Assembly (NCBI RefSeq): GCF_009914755.1
Contig: NC_060925.1
Length of the DNA: 64,000 bases
Source of the DNA: the human T2T-CHM13v2.0 reference genome, Homo sapiens
Direction: 5' to 3' (one strand)
In this document: positions 25,211 to 41,857 of the stretch, in pieces
How positions within the stretch are numbered: position 1 is the first letter of the stretch
Layout of the letters: each line of letters starts with the position of its first letter
Notes under the pieces: generated by a model
What the model saw: the letters and a program-made list of their open reading frames with translations, nothing else
The model's database searches: none
Told to the model about the DNA's origin: nothing
Translations under genes and position numbers: made by a program

Positions 25211-28200
25211 TCCCACGCACCCCACTTCTGTGCCCCCTTCCTCACCCCCCTTGTTCCTTCGCCTTTTGCCCCACACCTCCTGCTCCTTTTCGGCATTTGC
25301 CTGCAGCTGCAGTGCTTTTAGACCCCCGCCCTCTCCGCGTTAGTTCGTCCGTCCATCCATCTATCCTCCCTCCCTCCATCCTTCGGTCCATCCATCCATG
25401 CCTCCAACCCACTGTCCTTTCCCAGGCCTCTTGCCCTGCCTCTTGGCTCTCTGCTCTTACTCTCACCTTCTCTAGGCCCCTGAGTGCCTTAGTGAGCGGG
25501 CCTACAGCCCCTTCTTCTGATCTTTGTCTTCTGGGCCCCAGGGAGCACCTGGCCTCGTGGCCTTTCGGGGTGACAGCAGGCATCACGCCCCTGAAGAAGT
25601 TTGCAAGTGAGAAGAGGTGGAGGAGGAGACTGCACGGAGGGGTCTCTAATGACACTTGTTCTCCTCTGAGACATCCGACTCCCAGTTTCGTTCTATCCAT
25701 CATTCCCCGCACTTGCATTTAACGGACTTAGAGTGGGAGCTGCCCCTTGTCTCTTGCGTGCCTAACCCACGACCCCTCATAATCTGGATATTATATAAGA
25801 TTGTCAACAATCTTCTCATCCTAGAAAGGAGCATATCTGTTAATGGGCATCAGAGAGCAGACCTAAGTGGGAGCCCAGGCCACCCTGGGGCTGCCCCATG
25901 CTGGGTGGGCAAAGATGGGGCCATTGTCAGGGTCTGGGTGCATTGAGAACCGGAAATGGAGTCAGACGGGTTTGGTGACTCAGAATTGATTTTTTTTTTC
26001 CCAAGGGACAGGGAGGGGGCGTAGAGGAGGGAGGGGGGAGGAGAGAGGTAGGGGGATGGGGAAAAAGCTGCTTTGCACAGCTAAGATGTTTTTGTCATTA
26101 ACCCAGAAACTGAGGTACAAGGGCAACCCCTGCCCAAAGGCCCTCTAAGAAGGGGAGGGACTTGCATAGCTGACCAAGGAGACTTTGAAGATGCTCAAGG
26201 ACCAAAGACAGCAGTTTCTCTGCTCTGTGACCATCCTATCAGTGCAGGACCTGAGAAGCTGGGTGTAACTTTGACAATGCTATGGTAACCCAGGTGGAGC
26301 AAAATTGAGTTCATGGGGGTGGGGACCTGGGAGAGTATCTATTTGGGATGCCACATAGTAGCAGAAAGGACCCATCGAGAAATCTCAAGAAGAGACTCAG
26401 GGACTTATAGAAACATTGGTTAAGGACGGTTTCCCCTTTAAATGGGGAAGCAGGCCCAGAAAAGAGATGATACTTACCCACAATCACCCAACTAGTTAGC
26501 AGTGGAACCCTAAACTGCACCTTGAAGTGAAGGGTCCCATAAGAAAGGTGGATGGATTCTTCTTAGTGGGGCCATCTTAGTCCAGATGCAGCAGGTGAAG
26601 GAAGATGGGCATTTGAGAATGGACCCACTGAAAGGTTCCCCAAGTGGTCCTAGCACCAGGAGCTTGTCACGGAGTGTGGGCTTCATACTGTTGAGCTGCA
26701 GGCCCTGCTTGGGGCTTCTGGAAAGGGGACAACCTCTGGGTTGTCTTCTGGGAAGAACAGTCTCTGGTAAGGAGAGGCTGGAGACTCTCTAAAACTGGCC
26801 CTGACCCTTCTGAGCTGTGTTTCTCCTCTAGGGGCTGAGCTGGAGGAGAGTAGCAAAAACACGAAGAAGTTGGATGCCATGACCCTCATTAAAGAAGGTG
26901 GGAGTCGACACACATTAGGGCTGGGACCCAGGGCAGACAGGACCACGCTCCACTTTTCCACCACACTACAGAAGGAGGTGGCTGCTTGAAGCAGCTGTCT
27001 GGGGACCCTCATTTTGATAGGTCCGAGTCGGCCGGTTGTTCTGGCTCCTGTGACCTGTCGTTGGAGATCATAATCATAGGTGATTGCCCACTCACCTGAA
27101 AGCGTATACCCTTTGGGACTGCTTAGATCGAACTCTGGAAGCTGGAAGCATTCAGCATGGAGCTTGTTATATCAGCGGGGAGGTGAAGTGCCTTCTGAGT
27201 GTGGGGTGGGAGTGCTCTCCGATCTTCCAGAGAAACCCTGGGATCTTCAGCCCCAGTGACATGGGCTTCTGTCATTGCAGACATGTCCATCTTCGGGCAC
27301 TGCCCTGCCCATGATGACTTCTACTTGGTTGTGTGTAACCACTGCAGCCAAGTGGTGAAGCCTCAAGCTTTCCAGAAGCACTGCGGTGAGGGGAGCCCTA
27401 GGGAGGAGATAAAGGGACAGGGGAAGGTGGAGCATGGAACTCTGAGGACAGGGTCAGTTGGGAGGTCTCGTAGGGTAATGGAGGGTGGTGTTGAGGATAG
27501 GAAGGTTGTGGGGGTGGCTTCAGAGCATTGTGGGGAGTCGGGTTATTGTTTGAACAAAATTCTAGCATCCAGTGGAATTACGGGAGGAGTTAAGACATTC
27601 AGGAAGCTGGGTCTTGAATTTTGAGTCCTAAAGGCTCAGATTCAAATGGGAAGGAGGCATGTTTACAATCTAATTTATGGAAACTCAGATTCTCTCATGT
27701 GAGTCTATGGACATGGTTAGGTTGGGGAAGGAAGTGGTGATACCACTCACCTTGATTATTCTTTCCACCTCCTGGTGACAGAAAGAAGACATGGGCCCCT
27801 CAGCAAGCTTTATGGCCGGGCCCCACCCCCACCTCCAGCCCCTGCCAGCTCTCAGAAATGCCATGTAGTGAATGGGCAGGGCCCAGCTTGTAGGGCCCCA
27901 GGTTCCACGAAAACCTCCTCCAGGGAGAAGGGCCAGGGGTCCCGGAGCCGTGGCCACCAGCCTCCTGAGAAGACCCAGAAGGACAACCTCTGGTAAGGAG
28001 AGGCTGGAAACTTTCTAAGACTGGCCCTGACCCTGACCCATGGATGGGCTGACATCAATACAGACAGCCCTGGGTCAAGGCATACTCCTCACAGCAGGAG
28101 GCAGCCGTCCTGTCTGCAGCTTCCTTCCATATATTCCAGGGAAGATGGGGTCTCCTCTTCCCGTGTTTCACACCCCTGCTGGAGCCCACCCAAATTCCAG

Positions 28201-31200
28201 GGCTGGGAAAGAGATGGCTCTGGGCTAGAGTCCAGGCCCCAGGCCTCGCCTCCCCTCCCCTCCCTCAGCCAACCCCCTCTCTCTGTGTGTAGCCTTTTCG
28301 TGCCTGTGGTGAATCTGGAGAAGATGTCCAGTCTCCCGAAGCCTGATGGACATGGAATCAGGGTGGCCCCACCCTCTGCTTTTCTCAGCCAGCCAGGGGG
28401 CCTCACCAAGGACTCCCCTGGAAAACCTCCCATGGCTCCCCCTTCTAAAGAACCTCCTGGCAGAGAGAACATCGAGATCATCCCCAGTGAGGGGTCCAGT
28501 CACTGGGCTGAAGGCAGCCCTCCTGAAAAGGAGCCCAGTGGGACCAGGCTGCCCCCTAAAACCCACCGGAAGATGGCTCGTGAGTAGTTGTGGTCTTGGG
28601 GGTCCAGAATGTAGAGTGGGGACTCCTTTGGGCTGCTTTGTCCTTGGGCTGGATGAGGAGGAGGTCAGGTTTATGGGCCTGGCCATCACAGGTTGTAGGG
28701 TATAGGAGCCCCGTCACCTCTTGACCTGCTTGCTTCCTGGGAAGCTTCTCTCCATCCTGTGTCTCCTGATCAAGGCTGAGGGAGCCCATGCCCAGGAGGT
28801 GAAGTTCTTTCTCACTCTTTTCTCACCTAGATCCAGGGCGCCAGCCAGACACATCTCACAGCTGGCTTCTCTGGCCTCCCAGATGCCCATGGCTGCTTTT
28901 GTTTCTTGATGTGTGTTGCCCTGCTTTGGGCTTGAAGTCCCAAAAGGCGCACCTGAAATTGGGATAGGGATGGTTCTCACACCCAGCAAGGAGATGTTGA
29001 TGCCCAGAAGTTTATCTGGAAGGTACAGCCCCAGGCTGAGGGCTGGAGTCTCTTCTGCCTTAGTACCAGTTCTCAGGCCCTTGGCAGGAAGCGGCCAAAT
29101 CCTCCTGTAAACTCCTGGAAATGGTCTTGAGGTTCATTGGAAGTGCTTTCCCCACAGGGAAGGAGTGCGACCTCAACAGGCAGTGTGGGGTAATAAATCC
29201 AGAGACCAAAAAGATCTGTACCCGCCTGTTGACCTGCAAGGTAACCCCCTTCCCACTGCACGGTGAGGGAGGACAGCACAGGGCTTGCCCACTCCTTCCC
29301 TGGGCAAAGAGAGGAATGTCGATGTTACTGAAGGTCCAGCTTAAGGGAGGGCAGTTAGGCCCACCCAAGGGAAGGGGAGATGGGTATGCCCCTCCTGGGC
29401 AGAAGGTGGGAACAGTGGGAAGGAGGGAGTTTCCAGATTCCCCCATCCCAAAGGAGGGTTTTGGCCCCATGGGGGAATGAAACAAAGACACATGAACACA
29501 GCTGCAAATATGCCCACCTCTCTCCCTGCCCCCCAACTTGCCCGGGCCAAAGCACCCTGCCGTCCCTCACCCCTTCTCAGTTCATACCTACTCCCCAGCT
29601 CTCCACTCTGCTGTATTCTAGATCCACTCAGTACACCAGCGCCGGGAAGTCCAGGGCCGGGCCAAGGACTTTGACGTGCTGGTGGCAGAGCTGAAGGCCA
29701 ACTCCCGCAAAGGGGAGTCTCCCAAGGAGAAGAGCCCAGGGCGCAAGGAGCAAGTTCTCGAGCGCCCCTCCCAGGAGCTCCCCTCCTCAGTCCAGGTTGT
29801 AGCAGCGGTGGCTGCTCCCAGCAGCACCTTCTCTGTTCGTGCCAAGCAGACCTACCCATACTGTGCACTGCCCAGGTACGTCTAGAATCCAACCCCTACC
29901 TCACCTGGGGGTACTTGGCCCCTAAGCCATCAGGGGCCCCTGGAAACAGGCTCAGGGAGTGTCCTGGAAGAGGCACTCCCTCAGCCCTGAGTGTGGGGGT
30001 ATTCCTGGGGCTCCTGACAGTGGTGTGGAAGCAGGAGACTCCCCTGTTTCCAACCAGGCATACCACAGCACCCCAGCCTCTCGGCAGTGTGCCAGATCCA
30101 ACACTCAGGATATGAACATTTTCCCAGCTGCCTCCAACAGACCGAAACTTGTCACTGGGGAGCTGAAAGGGTCACACTCCTGGGCAAGGCAGCCCTATGT
30201 GTATTCACTCACTGGCCCCTTCGCGTGCAGAGGCTATGCCGGACCCCAGGGAGAGCCTGACTTGCTGAAGGAGACACACATGCATCTCTGCCTGTCACAC
30301 AAGGGGCAGACACGAAACACAGGCTCAGCTCACAGACAGGCTCACAGGAATATGTGATGCAAGAAGGGGGTTGAGCGAGTTGACTGGGCTGACCAGAGCT
30401 GGGTACAGTTTTAACTGTGAAGATTTTCTGGAGGAGGCGGATCTGCAGCAGATTATCCCCTGAGGAGGAAGGGGCTGGGAGGTGAAGGGGCTGGGGAGAG
30501 AATCCCTTGGGAGCAGTCTCTCTGTCTCTTACTCTGTGAGCTGTGTCGTTCCCTCCTGTCCTTCCCTTCCCTCTGTCCTCTTCTGATTGCCCTGCAGGGT
30601 GTCTGCCCTGGTGCCCTGCTCTTTGAGCTCGGCAGGTTCAAGGATGCCCCTACTCTGACCCCACAACAGTCACATTCCCCTGGCATCCCTTTTGGCCCTT
30701 CCAGGTCCCGGGCCTCCTCCGAGAGTGAATTGGATGATGAAGGCCCCTGTGGTGGTGATGGGGACCCAGGCCTGTTCCCCTTCCCCATGCCCCGGGGTGG
30801 GACCCAGGCCTCCAGCGAAGAGAGTGAGGAGGAGGGGACATCTGACGACCTCCACCCACCCCCTGACTGCCATTATGCAACCCGGCCCCCACGGCCACAG
30901 GCGGTAAGGACCTGGAATAGGGGCCTATGGAGGGGGTGGCCCAGCACTCCTGGCCAACAACATGGGGAGGAGGCCAGATCCTGTGTGCAGATGCTGTCTG
31001 TGCACCCCAGACCCTGCCAACCATGCACCTTCCTTCTGCCTTTAGTTCTGCACCTTTGGGAGCCGGCTGGTGAGCCCAGGATGCTATGTGTTTAGCCGCC
31101 GGCTGGACCGGTTCTGCTCAGCACTCAGCTCCATGCTGGAACGGCACCTCAGCACACACATGTGGAAGTAAGTCTCTCGGACCCAGAATGGAAGTTCTAG

Positions 31201-33375
31201 AATGGAAATTCCTAGGTTCCAGACATACTTGGGCTTCAGAAGCCCTGATCTTTCCTGTATACCCATAGGTGTGCCTTGGCTATTTGCCAGCAGGACCCCA
31301 GATAGGGAGTAGCATGAAAAGGAGGTGGGAAAACTTGGCAGCCTAGAGTTTGGCTAAGGCAGGGCATGGAAGGGTGGTCTGGGGGTGAATCTAGACTTTC
31401 ATCCATCACTTCCAGTACCTTTTGGGTAACTAGGGATAGGGGATGCCCAAACCAAGATTTAAAATGAAGTTCCTAGTGGGCTGCCTCCTAGTTAGTAGGT
31501 ACTAGCTAATTCCTCTCCACAGGCACCCCTGTGTCTTCTTCCTAACCCTCAGTTCCAGCATCTCCCAGCAGATGGCAGCAACTCTGGGGCTCTGCTGACC
31601 ATTTCTAGGTGGGGCAGAGAGACTGGAGTGTGTCTTGTGTTGGGGGAAGCTGTCTTGTTTCTTGGCAGTCACAGTGGGGCTTTCTTTTTGCTGCAGGAAG
31701 ATCCCACCGGCAGCTGAACCTCCAGCTCACCTTGTCAACTCCCCGTTATCTGCTCCCCTGAGCCCATCCTCTACAGGCACCTGCCCCCGCCTTCCAGGTC
31801 CAACCCTGAGACCTGCCTGCCCAGCCTCCATGCCCCCCACCAAGGACAACCTTGTCCCCAGCTACCCTGCAGGCTCCCCCAGCGTGGCGGCTGCCTGTAG
31901 CCAGGCAGAGTGCATGGGCGGGAGCCAGGCTATCACCTCACCACTGCCTGCCAACACGCCATCCCCGTCCTTCAGCAAGCTGCCGCCTTCCAAGGCCAGC
32001 AAGTCATCCAAAGGCAAGGACGGGGTGGAGGTGGAGGCCCCTTCTCGAAAGCGGAAGTTATCCCCTGGCCCTACCACTCTTAAACGGACCTGCATCCTGG
32101 AGCCCACTGGAAAAGGGAAACCCTCTGGCTGTAGGGGCCTCTCGGCCAAAACTAAAACAGCCCTGAGCATGGGGCTTAATGGGACAATGGGGCCAAGAGT
32201 GAAGCGGGCAGGGCCCCTGGACTGTCGTGGCTCCCCTCATCAGCTCCCCACACCAGTCAAGGCTTCTCAGCTGGAGAACCGGGGAGCAGCTGGACACCCA
32301 GCCAAGGCCCTGCCAACCAACTGCCTCTCTGAGGAGGAGGTGGCCAAGAAGCGGAAAAACCTGGCCACTTATTGCCGGCCAGTGAAGGCCAAGCACTGTC
32401 AGGCTGGTGCCCCTGCTGATGTGGCCTGCTCTGTGCGCCGCAAGAAGCCAGGCCCGGCCCTGGCCTTTGAGGAGAAGTGCTCTACACTGAAGGTACCAGC
32501 CAGGCTCCCTGAAGATTGATGAGGGTGGGGCACACAGGGGGTACCTGATACAGAGAAGATGCTACATTGGTGTTTGTGCAGGGAAAGGGAGGAAGGGGAA
32601 GTTGAGAGAGTTCCTGGACTGTTTTCTTTAGGAAGAGGTAGGTCAGTTCTTAGCAAAGTGACTCCAGCTTTTTGCCTGGTGAACCTTCCCCTATCCCTAA
32701 CCCTTTCCCTTGGGCTGAGGAGATGCGGCACCCCTCCACCCCTGCTTTTGCTATAATCAAAGGGCTACTTCTTTCTGAATTGGCTGTGACCCTCATTCCA
32801 GGTACTGGAGCTACCTCTGTTCCCTGAAGGAAAGGGAGTTTGAGTCCCTGGGTCACAGCCTAACATGCCGAGCAGCAAGGTGGGTGGGCTGGTCTCACTG
32901 GTTTTTCCTCTGGGCATCAGGGCCTTGAAGGGCAGGCACACAACCCCATGTCCACTTATGCACATGTGCCCACCTCCAGGTGTGCAGGTGACAGGCAAGT
33001 TCTCCAGGGTTTCCAGTAAAGCCTGCAGCCAGTTTTATTTGCCTCTTCTGGTGGGAGCCCTGGTGTAGTGTGCTATGTGCTCTCCATATGATCTCTGCCA
33101 GGAGGGACTTACTGGAGGTGGGACGGGGGTGCTCTCCTGGGTTAGATGTGGGCCTAATCATAAACCCTGTGTGTTCTCCAGCTTCACTACCCAGGCTGCC
33201 CCTGGTGAGCTGGCATTCATCTTCCCCCTTGCTCAGTTTTACTCACCAGGCCAGCAGAAGGAAATCAAGCTTTAGCCTCTGTAGTGCACACAGTTCACTG
33301 GGTAGGACAGCTGGTAGGCCCCCACCCTGACCCTTTCTCTCGCCTCTTGTCTTCCTGCAGTCAAAAGCCCATTAA
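24729..33375 (+). CDS. ATXN7L2: Ataxin-7-like protein 2 (SAGA DUB-module family), 754 aa; join(24729..24855,26832..26897,27281..27385,27782..27992,28293..28579,29158..29240,29622..29875,30705..30903,31046..31167,31697..32492,33361..33375); 722 aa if exon 5 starts at 28389
   Basis: GT-AG introns with consistent phases, 2265 nt in total. Contains the N-terminal zinc finger (CNHC..FQKHCERRH), the SCA7 domain ([19 protein letters not shown]), the conserved block [28 protein letters not shown] and basic NLS-like clusters. Confidence 0.95.
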
Positions 33376-34446
33376 CGAGAAAGTGCCTGCCCACTGCAAC
33401 GGAGCCGCCAGCACCTCCTCCCCTCCAGATCCGGGCCCCAGGCTGCTGCCGCTTTTTATAACTTTATATTATTTTTTTTTAAGAAAAAAAGCTCTTTAAA
33501 ATACCTCAAGACTGTCTCCCTGTTCTGTTGCTGCTATGAAAATATAAAAACAGAAACATAGAAAAGGAAGGAAAAAAAATAACAAAATGAGTGTCCTTAC
33601 TGTCCCCAGCCCTACCCTGGGAGGCTGAGATGATAGGCAGCCAGACTCCAGCTCCCATAGCTTGCCTGCAAAAGTCTCTTATGCTCATTATTATTATTAT
33701 TGTCATCTTGTCATTTTCAATAGTGTGAAAAATGTTTGTGTCACTGGGGTAGTCTTTCCAGACAGGATGATGAGGCGTGTGGCTCTGAATGAGTAAGGCT
33801 TCCTGAGTCTTGACACCAGAGACGACTATGGTCCCATTGGGAAGAGAAACTCGAGAGGGGGAGCTGCACTTCTGGCTCTTTCTAGGATCCTTGCCCCGAG
33901 GGTCTGGGAATTGGCTTGTGACCCTTTTCTGGTCCTTCAGCAACCCTAGGCATCCATCCCTCCCTGAATTATTGCCTGCTTTTCTTCAGCTGTTCCTGCA
34001 GCCTCATTTTCTCAGCCACTTAGGGAGCTTGAGCTGGGTTGGTCATTGCTGTTGGGATATTCCTGTTTTCTATTGGACAGCCTTCCTTCCCTGCCTGTGG
34101 GTTTGCCTTTAAGGAAGGGGTAGAACCTTTCCCAGGGAGGCCTCCTTGGGTTGAACCACCCCTTTTTTGGAGGCAGGAAGGGAAAAGGCATCATCACTTG
34201 CAGAACTGGTGGTGTGGGAGGCCACAGGAGTGTGGGAGGCCTTGGTCCTTCAGGATCACCTGGCTCCTCAGGGCTGAGCAGCTGCTGAGGAGGCGGCAGG
34301 GCTGGGAGTGCCCTAGTTTTTCCATTTATCTCGCTGGGGACCACTCCCGTGCAGATGCGAGAGGAGACTTGCATTTCCCTCCTTTGGTCCACCAGGTTCA
34401 AGGCACTATATTTTGGCGATGTCCTTTCCTATTCTCCTTGCTCTTA

Positions 34447-37034
<2,588 letters not shown>

Positions 37035-39716
37035 GTTCCTGCGAACGCTGAATCTAGGTGGGACGCTTGCCTTGAACATCATGGTTCCTTTGGTGATCTA
37101 TAAGGGATCTATTTAAGAAGTGGTCAGGTTTTCGCACTTCTTGGCTGGTCCAGGGACTGCAGAAACCAAAGCTGCTATTGTTGAGGAATAATTCAGTGGG
37201 TCAAAATGGGGAGATGTACTGGGTATGAGTGGAAGGTGATGGAGAGCCTGATCCTGAAGCCTCTACTTGATGAGAGACAGAGTTTTGGGTGGTGATAGTG
37301 ATGTGCTGGTGGTCATTTCTTGCTTGTGTGCCTGATGAAAAACTGGGTTCCTGTAAGTTATGAATGGCATCCAGGGATATTTGGGTTACTTTTAAGAAAG
37401 CAGTGTGATGTAGTGGAGAGAGCCCATGGGTCTTATTTATGGGATATGGTCCTCTTAGGCTCTGTTGTACAACCTTAGGTACATTCCATATCTTAAGACC
37501 ACTGTTTCTTCATCTGTGAAATGTTTCTAAACAATCTCTAAGTCCCTTCCTTCTCTAATATACAGCGTCTGTCAGGTCGATGTCTCAGAACACTCTCCCA
37601 GCTGTGGACCACGTGGACCACTTAGCAGACTCAGGGGGTAGTTCTTTACTCTCCCTTTACTACCCTGGAGGGACAGCTCTGCCCTTGAGGCCCTTCAGAA
37701 ATTTGTGCTGATTTGGTCCCTGTGCCAGGGCACAGGGGGTCAGGCACTGTGGAAAGAAGGGACTCAGGTGAGGGTCTTCTGGACTCTAAGACGGTAAAGG
37801 CACTAAAGTCACTTTAAAGCTTTTGGAGAAGCAGGAGGGCATTGGCTTAACCAAGCCGAAGGCTGCTGGCTGGGCTGCCTAGCCCAGCTAAGATCTTCCT
37901 TCAGCCCACCTCAGGATCCGGGCTTGAGGGCTGCAGGGCCTGCGTGCGCTCCCTCCCCCGAAATCACTTCTCAGGGCAAAGGAGCCCCAGGCATCTCATG
38001 CTTTGCCCTTCTTAGGGCTCAGGTTCTTGCCTTAGCACATAGCTTCTGGGAGCTTTTTTGAAGCATTTCATAAGGGCCAAGGAAGTGGGGCAGGGCTTTT
38101 CTGATCCAAAGAAAACAAAGTTTCTCTGGTTACCCCTCTTCCCTTGTTATCTAAGCTTTCCTCAGTTGTCATCTCTTCCCAGCTCTTTGGTCCAAGAGGG
38201 GGCTGAGTTTGGTGCCAGCTGGCAAATGAGGGCTGGACTCTCTTCCCTCCAGAGACCACCCCGCTCCTTGCTGCAGCTGAAAGTAGTTCCCCAGGCTGCC
38301 CTCGGTGGTGAGGACTGGATGCTAGACTGCTGAGCTGTGGTCTGGGCTCAGTTGAGAAGATAGGATCTCCCTAGATCATGGCAAGGCCTGACAACAGCTG
38401 AGCCAGGAAAGTGCTGCTGAGGCAAGTCGACATAGCTCACAGGGAACTCTGGGAAGCCTGGGATGTAGGCGCTGGAGCTCCAGTTCCCAGGAGCAGGGGC
38501 AGGTGTTCCTAGATGTTAGTGTTGTGGATGTCCTTGGTCTTCTGAAGATTCAGGTCCTCCTCTCCGGGTAGCTTAGAAGTAAGGAGGTTGGTTTGATTCA
38601 ATAGTATGGGGACAGAATGGGGACAGCAAGGGCAGAAGTGTCCTCTCCACGTAACTCATTATGCCCCTCCTGGGGGAGATTGCATCTCCAGGACAAGCAT
38701 CTAAAGGAGGCCCCTGCTGTGCAGAGGGGTATTGTTCCTGTCTCTTTCATTGTCCTCCCTCCTCTCAAACTCTCCAGTGTGGTGTGAACTCAGAAGAAAC
38801 GGTTACTGGGGCTGCATGGAGAATTTCACCTGCGGTGATTTTGATCCAGGGACTGCATCTCCTCTTTCCTCATCACAGCCAGTGCTGAGAGGCTCCTTCT
38901 ACCTGCCGCAGGGTAGGAGGGCCAGGCAAAGTTCACCAGCTTGCTCTAAGAGCAAGCAGGCAATGCCGTAAAGCCTGAGCCTGCCTGAGGTGCTGCCTCC
39001 TCCCAGGTGGTGCGGGGGCTGGTGGGCGGGCGGGCAGGCGTGCTGACAGCCGGCAGTTTGCGTGGGCTGTGCCATCTGATGTCTATTCCCAGCCCTGGGA
39101 GGAAGGGGGAGTCATTTATATTCTGCAGGAGGAAGGGGCCCCAGCTGTCGCCTTTCTGACCAGCAGGCCTGGAGGGCAGGGGCACAGAGCAGAGAGGAGG
39201 GCACTGGTGGTCTCCTGCTTAGCCTGGTCTGACTGCAGTGTAGGGAATAGGTCACCAGGAGGAGCCCTTCATCCTGGCAGGCCGGATTGTGGAGGGACTT
39301 CCCTCCCCCTCTTTTCCATTTCTCCCTCCATCACCACCTGCCCTCACATCCTGGGGCAGCAGCTGGACAGCCATTAGACCTCAGTGCCAGGGCACTCTTC
39401 CTCCAGCTGGGATCTCAGTGGCTCCCAGCTGCATGGGCTCCTGCTTGTGTGTTCCCTCCTCCGCCATCCTCTGTTCCCCGCACCTCCCTTATTCTGCTCA
39501 TGTCTGGGGTATTCACTTGGCTCCTCAGCAAGGAAGCAAACGCCTTGGAGGAGAAGCACATGGTTGCCCTTTTGTCCTTGCTCCCTGGCTAGGGAAAGCT
39601 GCTAGTGGTCAGCCTGTTTTGCCTTTTTTTAAAAAAAAAAAAAGCCAGGGCAGGGTGCTTAGATTTTAAAAATTTGCGTGTCATTTGCACAAATTTTCAT
39701 ATCAAGCTAAGTCCTG

Positions 39717-39771
39717 ATTCCAAATTTGATTATATTCCAAATTTGATTATATTCCAAATTTGATTATATTC
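39717..39771. repeat. 17-bp tandem repeat ATTCCAAATTTGATTAT x3.2
   Basis: Three exact copies plus ATTC. Confidence 0.95.
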
Positions 39772-39993
39772 AGATTCAACCTTGAGGACATTAGAAATAT
39801 AGATGGCTTCTGTATCCAAATCTGAATGGAAATGAGATTACCCTTCTGGGTTCAGATACCCCTCCCAAGCCCCCGTCTTTTCTGTAACCACCCCTCCTCT
39901 GAGCCCCATCATGGCTGGGGTTGGTATGGAATGGGAGCAGCTCTGTATCTGGGGAAGTCCTCCAGCCTCACCTTCTTGGCTCTTAAGTGGTAG

Positions 39994-40425
<432 letters not shown>

Positions 40426-41183
40426 AGGTCTTGTTTTGAAAACCTCACTGTGGGAGATTCAGGCATCCTCCCTAAGCCAGCTGGCCGCTGTGCTAAAGCC
40501 TGTTCAGAGTTAATAATAATCATTAGCTGAATGGTGCTGGGGCCTTTCAGCTTCAGATCTCTAAGCACTTGCAGGCTGAGTCAGTCAGCCCTCACCTTCC
40601 CCCTCCTTCCTGGGCTGCAGAGTGTAACAGAATGGGAAGGCACTGTGGGAAGGAAGTCAGGAATCTTGCTGCTAGCCACGCCTTGCAGTGACTTCTCGTC
40701 TGGGAGTGGGCACTGAGTCCTCTCAGTAAACTAATAAGACTTGCACCTGACAAAGGTCAAGATATGTAGGGAACACAGTGTATGCTAGGCTGAGACCTAT
40801 GGTGGTGGCAGGGGTGGCTGTTGAGCCTGAACTTCCAGTACTCCTGCCCTTCCTTCTGTTTACCTGGCTTGGCCTACAGGGGGCACCCCTGGTCTTGATG
40901 CCTCAAGCCCAGCATTTCTGGGTCCCCTCTGCAAGCTCAGAGAGCAGGGAGGCTTCTGGTAGTGCTCTTGATGCTCCTGTGTCTGGTTGGCACAAAGATC
41001 CTGTGTAACATGAAATGAAAGGTGCATCAGCTTGGGGGCTGGGAAACCTGCAGTATGGGTTTACTCCGTCCCTATCACTGGTGTGGCTGTGGGCAAACCA
41101 CTTATTGCCTGACCTACCTCACAGGGATGTTGTGAGGGTTTGATGAGAGAATGAATGTTAATAGGAATTGGAAAATTCAAAGC

Positions 41184-41189
41184 ATTAAA
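41184..41189 (+). terminator. CYB561D1: Probable CYB561D1 poly(A) signal ATTAAA (alternative AATAAA at 41270-41275); 3'UTR about 4.2 kb
   Basis: Hexamer followed by a GU/U-rich tract at 41202-41235. Confidence 0.6.
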
Positions 41190-41822
41190 CACATGTAAAC
41201 AGGTGGTATTATTATGTTCTTGTCCTTCTCTTTCACTGAGCCAGGCTTTGGGCTTTATGCTTCTTAGGCAATAAACAGTTATGGATAATGACAGGGGATC
41301 TAAGTCTCAGAGAGTTGTTCTGGCCATCATAAGAAAACATGGACACATTTCTTCCTTCCAGATGCAAGGTCAGCTCTTACCAACTCCTGCCAGAAATGCC
41401 ACCACGGCCATGACTAGTGAAGTTTGCCGTAAGTGCTGCCTACCTGGTGTTCCCAAATCACAGGGCAGACTGCAGATCTCGGAGTCAGTACAATTCCTCC
41501 CTAGGTCCAGCCTGAAGTTCCTGGAGCTGGTCTTCGTAGGGAGCTGCAGGTCACAAGTCTATCTAAATCTCTCCTAATTCTGCCCTTCTGAGGGAAAAGT
41601 GGAGCAGACAAGCTAGGAAGGGAGGAGCAACTGGAGCAAACAGCATCGCCACAGACCCTCTGTTTACCGAAGCCACAGAATGAGCAACACCTGCCTCAGG
41701 CATTGGAGATGCAGAGCAGGGACCCCTGGCTTCCCAGGGTCCACAGCCTGGTTTCCCTTTCCCCATTTCAGGCTCGTGGAATAGGATCAGTCCCCTCCTC
41801 CTCCAAGTGCTTTATTGGCATT

Positions 41823-41857
41823 CACATACACACACACACACACGCACACACACACAC
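41823..41857. repeat. (CA)n microsatellite, imperfect
   Basis: Read directly. Confidence 0.9.
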
